A DNA stretch of 63,246 bases, filler included, from Cercozoa sp. M6MM (GCA_040357565.1; 10 parts of 10 records of this genome joined end to end with filler, not necessarily neighbours in it), one strand, 5' to 3'. Counted from the whole stretch's first letter, positions 12,901-27,348 are shown. Numbers and translations are program-made. The notes: generated by a model from the sequence alone, not told the origin.

Positions 12901-14229
12901 CACTTCAGTTCGGTATTGTGCTGTTTTTGTGTCCGTGCGTGTTGTATTTCTGATGTTGTGCTTTCCTGCAGTCAAGTTCAACAAGGTGCGACGTGCTTTG
13001 CGTCGTACCGTATGCGTGCGAATGGCAGGCGATGCGCCAGTGCTCGAGTTGCCCGATGCCACAGGTGCCCCCCCCCCGTCTGTTTTCTCTCTGTTTTGCA
13101 GTTTTTTGACGTTTTAGGCAAGTCGCGCACGGTTGCCGTGTCCGATGTCAAGTCAGCAGGCACACAGGGCCGGTACACTGTCCTTCTATTTCAGTTATCA
13201 TTGATGCAGCTACGTTCTTTGCGAATAATCGGACGCAGAAGTGTGGAGCTCGATTTCTTCAATCGCGACAAGATCAAGATGACGTTCAACTCGTCGCAAG
13301 ATGCGCAGCAACTCGCCGGCTGTCTCGATCTGCTGCGACAGCGTGCTGCACAGACTGCCGGTATCTTTTCCTTCTTCTGTCCATTGTTCAACCACCATGT
13401 GTCCTTTCGAGTCCAGGTGCCAAAACGGCGGACAAGATCACTTGCTACACCGGAACATTCAACCTAGGAGGCTGCTTGCCGCCGGCTCTTGCTGCGAAGG
13501 AACTCACCAAGGCGCGCAAGAAGGAACAAAAGCTGCAGGTGCGTTTCTTACTTGTTTTTTGCCTCTTTAACTGTATTTTGTGTCCGTTTTGTAGGACAAA
13601 CTGACACGCTTGGGACTGGCTGCACTCAGCGATGACGATGACGATGATGAGGATGGCGAAGAAGGCGAATCCACTACCACAAATACGGCCGATAAGAAGT
13701 GCCCTTTTCCAGAGATATCGTTATTCTTTTTTTGCTGAGTCGACCATCGGGCTTTGTTGCAGGAAGTCCAAGGTCGCCAAGGCGCGTGCGCGTGTGGAAG
13801 AACTCGAAGTGCAGGCCAATCAGCAAACCTTTGCCTTTGTCGACAGTAGGTACGAGTGGCCCACGTTTATGTCGCCTGTGTGTGTGCGTGTGTGTGTGTG
13901 TGTGCGTGTGTGTGTGTGTGCGTGTGTGTGTGTGTGTTATGTTAAGTGTGTGTTCAGTTGCGACATCATAGTGGTCGGCGTGCAAGAAGCGCCGCGTGAT
14001 CGCGGCACTCGCAAAGCGTAGCCACCTCCTGCCGTTGTGCGTGTGCTGGTAGCACTCAGTACGGGGTGCTTGATGTGGATGCAGATGGCTGGCCCACATC
14101 ACCGAGCACGTTGGCCCTGGGCACGACCTACTGGCGCACGAGTCGATGTGGCAGATCGCCGTCTACGTGTTTGTGCGAAAGTCGCTTGCCATCGATGTTA
14201 ACTCGCTTGGTATGCGTTGTCCAGTTCGT

Positions 14230-14260
<31 letters not shown>

Positions 14261-16263
14261 CTTGTATCGCTACTTGTCGTAGAGGCCAGACAGGTGGCAT
14301 GTGGTATCGGCAACACCATCGGCAACAAGGGCGCCGTCGCTGTCAGTTTCAACATTCAGGTAGTCCCTTCCCTGTCAGTATGAAAACCTTGCTGTGTGCA
14401 CTTTCATGTGTTGCTACTGGTGACAGGGCACTTCCTTCGTGTTCGTGTGTTTGCACCTGGCGGCGCGTGCTGAGCGACTGCTGGTGCGACGTGACAACTA
14501 CCGCCGCATCGTGACACAGGTACCTGCTTCACCTGTGTCCCTCTTTACCCCTGACCACCTTCTCTTGATGCAGTTGCGAGGCATGGGCGAGGACGAGGAT
14601 CTCGACTTTTTGCACAGTTTCGACCACGTGTAACATCGTGTTTTTTGCTATCTTTGTTGTCTTCTCTTCTGTGACTCGCGTGTGTTGCTTTTGCTCAGTG
14701 TCATTCTCGGCGATCTCAACTACCGCACACAGAGCTTTAGCTTCCACGACAGTATCGATATTGTCGGTACGCCCTCTGACCCCTTCTGCCCTCTGACCTC
14801 CTTTTAACCCCCTGTACTGCCTATCTATTTGCACACAGCCAAGGGCGAGATGGACCGCCTGGCAGCGACGGACCAGTTGCGCAGCGAGATGGCGGAAGAA
14901 GCAGCGTTCGGCGGCTTTGCCGAGGGTGAGATTGCGAGCTTTGCGCCCACGTACCGCATGAGCAAGACGATGCACTACCGCACACGTGACGAGGCCAACG
15001 GCCTGCCGGCCACCTTCTCCAACAAGCGGCAGCAACTGCCGTCCTGGACCGACCGCGTTTTGTTCCGATCAAGGTCCAGTGTGATTGCCAGGTGTGTCCG
15101 ACCTTGGGTCATGACTGTCTATCTATGATATACCTATATATATATATATACGTGGTTACCTTGGGGTGACACAGGGACTTCCAACTCGAGGCCTACCAGG
15201 CGCACCACGACGTGCTCGGCAGCGACCATCGACCGGTGTCGGCGCGCTTCGCCGTGCGCTTCCGGCCGCGTCTGTTTGTGCCACCGTCATGTAGCACGCG
15301 CGTGCTCGCGCTGGCCGACCTGTTTGTACCCTTGCCTGTGTCCAGTTGTACATATCCAGTTGTACCTGTCCAGTTGTACCTGTCCAATTGTACCTGTCCA
15401 AGTGTTCTTGTGCCTCAAGTGTACCTGTGTCCCGTACAAGTATACCTGTGTGTGAGTGCAGTTGCGACCGGACGCGAGCGCACTGAGTGGCGAGGCTAGT
15501 AGCCGGTCGAACTCGGTGTCTTCGCCGATGCTGTCGGTGGACTCGTTGCTGGACACGACGACGTCGTCGAACGACCCGCCGACACCGACCAACAGCAGCA
15601 AGCCGCGTCGCAGCATGCTGCGCGGCGCCCTGCGCATGTCGCGTCGTTCTGCCAACAGCGACAAGAACGACCCCTCAGCGAACGCCGGTGCAGGCGGCAC
15701 CGACGACAAGGACGACGACGAGACGGCTACCGAGGTCCTCTAATACCCTACCTTGTACCTTACGTACCCCTCCCTACCTTCGTGCAGTCATTGACACCGG
15801 CGTCGCACCTGTCGCTCGTGTTCACGTCGCCGCTGCAGCAGTCGCTCGCGCTGAGTGAGCGCATGTCGTCCAGCATGGTCGACGCCGCCACAGTCTGGGC
15901 GTGGTACAACGGCCACACTCTACTCTGATGGTATCCTATTTTATCTGGAGAGTAGGAACAACATGCAAGTCGATAAGATCACGGTGCGTGCCACGACGGA
16001 GCAACTCTTCCGCCAGTGTCTCTTCGTGCGTGTTATGCTCGAGAAGTCGCAAGGTACTACCCCCCCCCCCCCCCTGCCTTGTGGAAACTAAAACCAACAC
16101 TTGGCCCGTAGGCAACTACCGCTGCTGGGCGCAGTCGGCCATTCCGATCGCTTGTGCCTCGGAACTCGGCGGCAATGGTGTCTTCTCGGTGCGCGTCGAG
16201 CACCACGGCATCGTTCTCGGCACACTGCAAGGCCGTCTCACCCTCCAGCCCACTGAGGATTAA
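9935..16263 (+). CDS. SHIP-like inositol polyphosphate 5-phosphatase: SH3, F-BAR-like, PH-like, 5-phosphatase and C2-like regions
   Basis: SH3 (CQVAHEYTGE..MSL..DKVYVI..DGW..GFVPVSHL); 5-phosphatase motifs TFNLGG, IVVGVQE, GIGNTIGNKGAVAV, HLAA, ILGDLNYR, FAPTY, PSWTDRVLF, SDHRPV; C-terminal FSVRVEHHGIVLGTLQG. Confidence 0.85.
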
Positions 16264-16481
16264 GACTCCACACTCCTCGCGCTGTCGGCCTTAATATTAT
16301 TTGATTCTACATTGTATTATTTGCTTGCTTGCTTGCTCGCGCCGCGCCGTGCGTTGACGACATCGATTTCGTCAATCGGACTTGTGGTCGGAGCGTGACC
16401 AATTTCACTGCGTTTCGCAAAACCGGTACCTGACGAACACGTTTAGACAAACTGTTCGGTTTTGTCGCGTGCTAACACTGC

Positions 16482-19078
16482 ATGGTGGCCGCGGGTTTCT
16501 TTGTGTGGCTTGGCATAGCCTTGCTAGCGCTGACGATCAATTGTGAGATCGCGATCAATAAAATCACCTTTTGGAAAAATGAGGCCTTATGTCTCGATTT
16601 GGGTAGGGTTGGTCGGCGGCTTTTTCGTCAAAAATGCATCCATGCGTCGGTACACATGGTGACCTAAACTTGCCTGTGTGTCTGCATGTGCTATAAGCAG
16701 GTCGCTGGTCGAGTTCCGCGCGCACGCAGACGAGAAACGCAAACTGGTGCCGACTGCGATAAGTAGTGTTGAGGAGGGCACGTTTGTTGTTGTTGTGTGA
16801 CAGGAAGAGTCGTCGGGTGGAATCAGAAAACGGCGCGTTTTGGTGTTTGTGCTGCTGTGGGTGCAATTCACGCAGAGTAGGTTTCTTCCTGGGTTGTGGG
16901 GGGGGGGGGGGGGGTAATGAAGTAGAAAGGCGTGAAATGTAGCACTCGGTCTGATCTTCAAAGCCGACGTTCCATGGCCTTCGTGTACAGTCTTGCTTTC
17001 TGACTGACTGACGTGTGTGACTGACCTGTGTGACTCGTGATCTTTGGTCAGCCAAGGCGTTTCGACTGGCGTCGGCTATCATGACGTTTTTGCCCGCTGG
17101 CAAGGCACTCACGTGAGTCCCATTCTTCTGTTTAGTCTGCACTGTTCAGTAGGCAGGAAGATACCAAAAATGTTTGTATTCTCAGAGTGGTGGCACTTGT
17201 GATCATTGCCTTGTTGTTCCTTGTCGTTGCCATCCACGTACGTTTCTACGGGGGGTAATGGGGGTAGGGGGGTAGGGGGTAATGGGGTAGGGGGTAATGG
17301 GGGCAGGGGTAAAAGTAACAGTTTAAGTACAGGCTTTCATGGTGATCTTCAAATGCGGTCTCTACAGCGAGGTTCAAGAAGAAGAGCAGTAGCCTGTCTT
17401 ACCTTTCCTCCCACCTTTTGCCCCATCCCTTGACCCATCCCTTAGCGCCACCCCCTCTATACTCCATCCTGTATTCTTAAAGGTCACTGCTGGTGGGCCT
17501 GGCGGACCGACTGCAGCTGCGGCAGCACGACGCGTCCGAAACGACGCTGTTCTATCGACTGACGCATGTGCAGATCGGCGACGCTAATGTCGTACTTTCT
17601 CTGTCTGAGTTTAAAACTCTTTGGAAATTACAATAACTGTTTTCTTTTTGAAAGGTGCAAATGCTGTTCGAAATCTTCTTCATTCCACTCACGGTGGCGC
17701 AACTCTCGCAGCTTGCTTGGTATCTCCCGTATGCCACTGCTTTAAGTAGCTCCAGTTGTACGGTACAAACTCGACCTGCGTAGTGAGTACCCAGACTGGT
17801 CACTCAAGGATGCGCACCTTGTAAACGACCCGGACAGTGCGTGCTTTCAGGGACTGCATTGGCTGCAAGTGTTCGGCAGCACTGCTGCCTTTGCTGTGGT
17901 ACTGTCTATGCTTTATACTACTTTAATCCCTTTACCCCTTCCTCACCGCTACTTCGTGGCACCTGTAGCTGCTGGGTATCGGTCTGACACTGACGGTGAT
18001 CAAACACGCAGTGTCTCCGTAGGTTGTGCTTTTGTTTATGTGTCTGTATGTGTCTGTGTGTGTTTTTATGTCTATGTATCTATGTGTCGATGTATCTATG
18101 TATATACATATATGTCTGTATGGTATGTATGTATGTCCGTATTTGTGCTGTGTGGTCAGACTGGAGGTGTCCCAGTGGCCACGCTGGGCTGCCTTGCACG
18201 TGTGCTTCAAGGTCACGCTGTCTGCACTTGTACCCTTCTTACCTCTCTTGTTCCTTGGTTTACTGCTTTACCCCTCTGTTCCCCTAGGCAACACTGCTGT
18301 GGCAGTCGGCGTGGGTGCACGTGATTGGACTCTTCCTGTGCACAACCTCGATGGCACTGCTCACCTTCTACTTCCAGGTAGTCTAGGTTTCTCTACCTGC
18401 GTATGTATGCATGTTTGTGTCCTTAACAGCCCTGGATGGGTGGTGGTCGGCAAGTCCAGTGGATGAACAACTTTCAGTTCGCTTCCTTCTGCGGTGCTGC
18501 TTTCGTTGATGCCGTAGCCATCTGGGTCCTCGTACTGCTGTCTATCCCACACTTCTTTACCCTTTGCGTTTTACCATTTACCCCTTACCCCCCGCCCGAC
18601 TACCACAGGCAACGAATGCAGGTGCGTCCAAGTCGAATGCGTCGGAGTTCGCGCTGTTCGGACTGCCCGTGGTAATGCTGCTGGCTTACCGTCTCAACGA
18701 CCGCGAGCGCGTCAGTTTCTGGGTCGATCGAATGCACGAGCACGTCGATGCGCTGCCCGATGACGTCAAGAACGAACTCCTTCACGGCAGTGGATCGGTA
18801 CTGTACTGACACACAGACTTTTTGGCTGACACTGGTGTATTGCAATACGCTTGCAGCTAGAGGAACGGTTCGGAAGGATTCGTGACCTGCGCGAGCGTAT
18901 CGCACGTGCCACTGGCGAGGTAAAAACTTGCTCCCACCCTTGTATCCCTAGTTAAATTCTACTGTGTTCCTCGAAGGAACGCGACTCTGTGCTACCGGCC
19001 GATCTGCGTCGACTACGCATGTGCAGTCAGAAAAACCTCAACAGTTCGGGAGTAGACCCCGCGAGTGCATGTAATTGA
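16482..19078 (+). CDS. Multi-pass membrane protein (resembles the N-terminal membrane region of TmcB/PAS-type protist proteins)
   Basis: Many hydrophobic exons with GT-AG introns, e.g. WMNNFQFASFCGAAFVDAVAIWV and FALFGLPVVMLLAYRL; stop TGA ~19078; family call tentative. Confidence 0.45.
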
Positions 19079-19182
19079 CACGAACTGCGCTCGCGCTGGA
19101 GCTGCAAAACAAAATTCGGCGTGACCGCGAATGTGATGTGATCGCTAAGGCACTTAGCGCTACATGTACGTGTACTTGTGTA

Positions 19183-19584
19183 CTCAACCAGCAGACGGAT
19201 TGTTGAATTGGGACCACGATCCCGCGACCCAGTGGGCCCATTGTTGAATTGGGAGCACCCGACAGCCAAAGTGAAGATTCGGACGTCACGCGATACGCAT
19301 TACAGTAAGTAAGCCATCATGCGAATCACGCGATGCGATGTCTTACACTCCACTCCTCGAAACACAAAAAATATGTGTCATCTCACGCGAGCGCGATTAG
19401 AGGTTTAGGAAGCTTTATGACAAAGAGAATACAGTTGCCAGGTCATGATTGTGCTCAAAAGGTCACTAGTCACCTTGTGGGCGAGGAAACGTCCGGGCGG
19501 CAGACTTTTTTGCAAGTCTCGATTTGCTCCTGCTCGCGGGCTTGTCGGAAGGTGTCACGTGGGTTTTGTGAGTTTCTGAGCCAC
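19183..19584 (+). repeat. Dispersed repeat family X, copy 2 (right end not defined), containing module Y at 19253-19351
   Basis: Direct comparison with 3730-4034; homology begins sharply at CTCAACCAGCAGAC. Confidence 0.88.
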
Positions 19585-21674
19585 TGCTGCGCCCAACTGA
19601 CGTCTAATCTATGCACTGTCGTTGCAGTGAGCCTGGACCTATGTGGCGTGGCGGCTCAGCGTCACCGTGTTGGTAGTATACCACGCTGACACCCAACGAA
19701 ATTGTGATTTGTGCTGGTTTTTGTGGCAAAAATTGAGTGCACGGCACGCGATTTGGACGATTTGAACAAAAAATCCACAAGACTCTCACCACACACACAC
19801 ACATTGTAGGTTAGACTTGTACAAGAACAAGCGAGATAAAGCAAGAGAAGTGCCTGGAGCACTAAGAAGACAGAGTTGTGAGCTTTGGGATGGTATGTTT
19901 TTCTGTCTTGGCGTAGACTTGAACTGTCTCTGGTGTCAGAATGCGCGGTGGGAGTGCTTTGGTGTTGTTGCGAGTGCCGTGTCATCGTATTTTTTGGCGC
20001 GGAGCTTGAGTATCCTTTTTCTTTCTGTTTTTGTTTTTGTTTTTGTTTTCTGTTGTTGTGTTTTGGTCTTGTGTTCTTGTCGGGCACGGCAACTCGGAAT
20101 GCCCGGTAGATGTATTGTATTTGTATTTCATTGCTCATTGTGTGAGTGTGTGTGCAGACTGTCCTGAGCAAATTCATTGGGTGCATGCGTGCGCCCAATC
20201 GCAAGGAAGAAGAACCGCGGCAAGAGTTGCAGTTGCCGCAAGAGTCGCCGGCGACACAAGCAGCCGGGTGCGAGCACGAGCGCCACTTGCTGGAACTGCT
20301 CGGAAGCGACGAGGCAGCCCGCGAGTGCGTGCGCTTGCAGCTGCAGCGTCAACAGAAGCGCGGCGTGTCGTTCCGCGTCTGCTGGGAGCGTCGCCAGCAG
20401 CGGCAGCGCCGACTGGCGGCAGTTCAACAGACGCATCGCGATCTCGTGGCGCAACAGGCGCGCAAGATCGACGTGTGGTCGGTGTCCCGCCTGGTGGCTC
20501 GCGTGCACTTCGCGATCGGCCTCTTCCTGGAGAAGGAGTTGCGCCGTGCCATCGCCATTCGCTCGAGCAGCGCGCAGCCGTGTTCGATCGAGGCGCGTCG
20601 CGGCTCGCGTCGTCGTCGTCGTCGTCGTTGATCGTCATGCATGTTTGTTTGGCCTGCCTGACGACACAACAAAAGCAAGAAAGAAAAAGGTGTCCACTGA
20701 GCCTGCGCACGACGAGTACAGTACTTCTGTACTCCAACACTGTAGGTTTCTGGTGTATTTGTACACCACCTTCCGTTCGATTCTCTTAGAGGATACGTTT
20801 TAACAAAAAATGTCATCCTTGTTGTGCGACTGCTGCAGCGCTTGCCGCATTAGTGTTGAAGTCTGGGTCTAGCACATTCAAGAGGCGCATGTTGCGCACG
20901 TGCTCGCAGAACGTGACAGATACCCACGCCCAGACTGCTGCCAAGACGGCCACCACGGCGACGTGTTCGACGTTATTGTGCGCACTCGGCGTGTTTGCTG
21001 TGCTTTCTTTGTCATCATGGCGTGCGCTGTGAACTTTCATGCAGATGCTCATGGCAATGGTTGCCACCGACAGCACGAGTTGCGTCTGAACGGACAGATA
21101 CAAGCATAGCACATCTCTGTATAGTATATCTGCAAAGCTACAAAGCAACTTCAAGCTATCGATACTCAAGATACTGTTCAGTATTACTGTACTGCAAGAC
21201 TGGGGATACCCAAAAGAAAGGACTCCGATTGAGGCTTCTGCAGCGTTGCATTGTTTGGCTCGCACCTCGAGTACTCACTGCGTGACGGAAGCCAACCAGT
21301 GCGAAGACGTTGAAGGACAGAGTCACCACCAGTGCTCAAAGCGTGTTTATGCTTGGACAATGAAACCAACCTGGTGTGCTGCTGAGGCCAAGCAAGGTTG
21401 GGCTAAGCATTCAAAAGTGATTGGAAAGCACTCCTATAAATTTATATATGACTCGAGCTGCGTCAAAGTACGCGAAACGAGTGCAGCTACTAGTGCAATT
21501 GGACTCCGGTGAGTGCACAAACAGGCGCTCTTCACAACAGCAGTGTCAAGACAATTTTGTCCAGTAAGTTTAGTTTCAACGTCGTGCGTTTCAACGTCGT
21601 GCGTTTTCAGTTCGTGTGGATTCTGTGAATTCGTCGAACAGTTCGGACTGCAGAGGCAGCGACAGCGACGACTC

Positions 21675-21773
21675 GAGCACCCGACAGCCAAAGTGAAGAT
21701 TCGGACGCCACGCGATACACATTACAGTAAGTAAGCCATCATGCGAATCACGCGATGCGATGTCTTACACTCC
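21675..21773 (+). repeat. Solo 99-bp module Y
   Basis: Matches 19253-19351 with two substitutions; flanks unrelated. Confidence 0.9.
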
Positions 21774-21929
21774 GGTGTCTGATTGCTTTCTTTCACAGTT
21801 GGATGAACTGAGTCTTTCCATAAACGAAAGTTACTTGCTACGTACACAACGCAAGTTTAATTGATTACTACGTAATAGTACACAGCGCAAGACGCGAGCC
21901 CAATAGACGAGAGTAAAACTTAGTTCATT

Positions 21930-24150
21930 TAGCGTCTGATGGGTGGGCGCGACGTCGGCAGTCGAGTACATCTACTGCTCGTTGAGCGTGATGACAACAT
22001 TGTCCGACATGCCCTGGAGCCTGTTGTGGTCACCATGCACAAACCAAAACATCAACAGACAGGCCCAGATACAATCCAGACACAGAAATAAGTTACAGAA
22101 GTTCAGGGCCGTAGGCAACGACGCCACGGCGCTTGGCGGCCTTCAGAGTGCCGGCCTGTTTCCCACATCAACCGGAATTAGACTCACGCCAAACATCACA
22201 AACTACAGGTAGCACATACCAGCGACTCCAGTGTGTTGGCGCACTCGTCGTCCTCGAAAAGCTGCTTGAAAGTGCACTGCGGCTGGCTGGCATCCGTGCT
22301 GAGCTTCTTAATGAAGCGAACGAGCTCGGCAATCTCGTGATCGACGCTGGCACAAAACACACAATATCAACAATCAACATGGGAAGACGCACCAAGAGAC
22401 AGAGGATGCACCTGTAGGACATTTGACAATTTGGAATGCGTAGAACACTAGGCTGTGCGTGCAAGCGCTGGCGTCGCTTGAAGGGCCTGCGCGTGGCCTG
22501 AGGCACAATTAAGGACGCGTCGCAATTCTGACATGTTGTACCGCAGTTCATAGTTTGTTCGTTCAGAGTGCATATCACACCCGACTAAAGTCGCAGACTT
22601 TGAGACTTGAGCAAGGCGACAGCAACTTGTAGAACAGGTGCCGCATCAAGTATCTTTGCATGTTCTGCTGCAAGTCGTCGTCGAACAAGAAGTTCAGTCC
22701 GTCCAGAGGCACGAAGGACGATATCACGCCTTGCACATCGGGCATGATGTGTTCTAAGTTAAAGGAATCAACAATGTTCTACAGTGGTACTGTTGCTTTC
22801 TCTAAACAAAAGCGTACCGGGCAGCAAGGAGTCAAGCACGCGTTGCAAGCGTGCACGAAGCAGACTGTCAAAGTACACGTGCAGTGCTGACATGATGTCG
22901 CAGCATTCGTTGACACTGTCGCGTTGTTCTCCTTCAAGTTGACTCCACTCGCCGTCTTCTTCGAGCGGCACCTCCTCGTTGAACTTGGTGAGATACCTCA
23001 GCAAGGTATGCCTGTAAACCACGGAACCCCACTCCAGTCCAGGACCACAGAGAGCAACGGAAAATCAAGGCAACACGTACACAAGAAAAATTCGGTGTTC
23101 TTTGGCTGTTGTGTTGAATCGCTGATCAGACGACCGGTCCTCCTGCAGTTGGTTTCACACAATACAAAATCGACAAGCTAGTGAATGGAAGGAGCCAATT
23201 CACATCCGAGTCGCTATCTTCCTTCGAATCGTCCGAATTCAGTCTTCTGGGGTCCTGAGCGAGTCGTTTCAAGTCTTCGATGATCTGCGCATCACAAAAG
23301 CGCGTGTAGTTTACCCCAACCCGTTCTACAAAAAGAGGTGTACAATCCACAAACTCGACTGCACGTGATGGAGCACATTCAAGCGGCTGCGTTTTGTCGA
23401 AACGGCGTGGGTGTTGAGTACAGCCTGCAGTGTAGGTAGTGCCTGCACTAGCGCTGGCGTCAGAGTGAACTACGCACATTTAGCGAAATATGCAAATCTC
23501 ATCCAGTACTCGAAGGGAATGAGGCTTACGTCGGTGTATTGGTAGAACCCGCCAACGAAGATGCTCGGTTCGGTGTCACCAACAAGTTCCGGCAGCAATC
23601 GAATGCACTCGATCGCATCGGCAGGTACCTCGGCAGGCGCCTCTGTTTCGTGCGACATCTTGGTGAAGAAAACTGAGAGGATCTGTGACGCCGTCTGCAC
23701 AATATTCCAGTTCATTCCAGTTCGCTTTATAGTCAATTGTGTCCTGGGGGGAGGGGGCGGTAGGGTACAATAGTTTCCAAGGGCGCAAAACGATGACTTC
23801 CACGCAACAGACGCAACATGTCACTCCAGTCGTATGTGGCTGCCAGCCAGTGGTCACCCAGGTCCAGTTTCGGCTGCTGTTGGTCTGCTTGCTCCCGTGC
23901 CGCCGCTGCAGCTTGCTCACGGTCGTATCGATCAGCCAGAGCGAACGCGGCCGTGACAAACGAGATTTCCGGGATATTGGCTGTTGTCAAGGCAGTGTAT
24001 CCAGCATGCGCCAAAAAACCACAAAAGTGAGTCGGATGGAAGTGGTAAATTACCGCAGCGTCGAGAAATTATTGCGACGATGCCAGCCAAGTGGCCACAA
24101 ACCACTTCGAACTTTTCAAGGATTTCAGGACACTCGCTCCACAGGTAGCG
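21930..24150 (-). CDS. Hypothetical multi-exon protein (probably 5'-truncated)
   Basis: GT-AG-bounded coding-like exons (TIDYKANWNELEYCADG, ELVGDTEPSIFVGGFYQYTD, RYLTKFNEEVPLEEDGEW); no family recognised. Confidence 0.45.
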
Positions 24151-24159
24151 AACTGCGGA

Positions 24160-24207
<48 letters not shown>

Positions 24208-24369
24208 NNNNNNNNNNNNNNNNNNNNNNNNNNNNNNNNNNNNNNNNNNNNTTAATTAATTAANNNNNNNNNNNNNNNNNNNNNNNNNNNNNNNNNNNNN
24301 NNNNNNNACACACACACAACATACAAACACATGCACACACAAACACACAGACACATGCACAACTGCGTA

Positions 24370-26022
24370 GTTGGAGTACAAACATACATGCTTCTCGAGC
24401 TGGTCGTTTTCAGATTCGAGAAAACGCTGTGCACTTTCAGTCAGAATCGAGAAGGCCACGGCAACCTACGGTTGTTCAGGTCATAAACACACGCATACAC
24501 ACTCCCTCTCTCCGTTTTTCTCATACCCACCCCTTCCACATATAAAAACCATGAAAACGGCGTTCGACAGGCCGCTGACAACCTCGATTCGCGTCCAACC
24601 GAATGTGCTCAAATCATCGGCACCGCGGTCCTACCGATAAGATAAAGGTTTCTAGTATTCTACACAGGAGAAACACACCTTGACTCGCATCGCATAGAAG
24701 CCGAACACGAGGCCGATCTGCAACAGGAAAGAACTGTGGGTAGGCAGACTGCATCTGTGCGGACAACGATACCACGTCAGACAGCATGTGCATGGCATCT
24801 GCCACAAGTGACAGCGAGCCGCTCACGATACCCCACTACACGACGAGAAGTAAGACTGACACCTCTTCAGGAAAGAGAGGAACACGCAAGAAACACTGTA
24901 CAATGAGCTCGACAAAGAAGAAGCCGCCAGTCAGGAAGAACATGGCCACAAAGCGCAGCGTGTCACTGTACGTGCGAGTGCGTACACATCAATGAACACA
25001 CAAACAGCAAGCGGTGTAAGGCCGACAGGGTACCGGTCCTTGTACCACGGCTCAGCAGAGCCTCGCAGCAGCGACGTATCCTCAGTGACAAAGTCGACAT
25101 CGATGCGCCGCTGACCGTGAATGTGCGCAGCGTCCTGAAAGTGTCATCAACATTACATACACAGACACACAGACACACAGACACAGACACAGACACAGAC
25201 ACAGACACAGACACAGACACAGACACAGACACAGACACAGACACAGACACAGACACAGACACACACACAGGCATACAGCCTACCTTTTTGCACTCGCCAT
25301 GAGGCATAAGCTCACCCGATCCTGCAACAGTTTTAACTATGTAAAGACACAGATAGAAAACAAGGCAACAACGGGGGGTTACCATCGACTTGAAAGTAAT
25401 GGCGCGGAAACAACGCACGTTTCAAGTAGCCATGCACGGAACAAGCCGAGGTTCCCTGCTCGCACCAGAAATGAACAGTATCACAATCACGTTGGAAGAA
25501 GCAAGAAAGATCTACATCAGAATGGTGCAGAGCAACGCGATTCGGGTTGTGTGCGTCTTCCACGAGGTAGTCGTAGTGGTTGCCATGCTTGACACGCTGA
25601 TGCCCGCTACGATTGCGTGGTCATCAAGGGGTAAGAAGTACAGAACACAGGGTAAAGGGGGCGAATGGAAGTGTAGGTGTGCGTGATTGTGTACCAGGAG
25701 TCACCATGCACGTGCCCATTGGCATGCACGTGCTCTTCAAGGACGCTATCGCTGCTTGAAGAGCCCTCCGAGTCGCGGCCGTGCTCGTGCTCGGCGTGAT
25801 CACATCGCAGCTCTATGCGCAAGCCCCAACATCGTACTGTGTTAAGGCAGGGTGCAGGACGGTACCTTCGCCAACAAGCCACGTCAGGTGGCCGTCTTCT
25901 TCAAACGCAACGTGCCCTAAACAGGTAAAGGGATAAAGGAAGAAAAACACATGCCAATGTATAAAGTAGGACCCACCACAATCTGCATCGTGGCGACAGG
26001 CAGCAGCACCAGGTTCACTCAT
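24370..26022 (-). CDS. CDF-family zinc transporter (ZnT1/Cot1/Zrc1-like) with His/Cys-rich N-terminus, 3'-truncated
   Basis: FVAMFFLTGGFFFVELI..SGSLSLVADAMHMLSDV..TFGWTRIEVVSGLSNA..ESAQRFL are CDF signature motifs. Confidence 0.88.
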
Positions 26023-26346
26023 GGCCAGATCAGCGTCAGTGTGCGCTACAGTACAGTAAGTCTTGCAGGATGCAAAATGGCGGCAACTGTGCAGTGCAGC
26101 GTTGGATTGGCGGAAGTTTTTGGTCCAATCGAACCCAGCCTTGTTCGTTTGTCCGTCAGTACAGGCGAAGGGAACGACACTGGGCCTGAGTATACTGAAC
26201 TGAACTGAACGACTACCGACGTTCAAATTGCTACGCCACGCCGTATACGCGCGCAAAAGAAGAGACATACAGAACGCAGCATACTCCAGCACAGACGAGA
26301 CCGTCGCGTGCGTATCGCCGATCAGTCATGCGATGCTTGGAGCGTT

Positions 26347-27348
<1,002 letters not shown>

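Noticed and set aside
20146-21400. Possible small genes at 20146-20631 (+) and 20813-21400 (-)
   Set aside because: Coding-like, but I could not build a consistent model or recognise a family, and the minus-strand one has an in-frame stop
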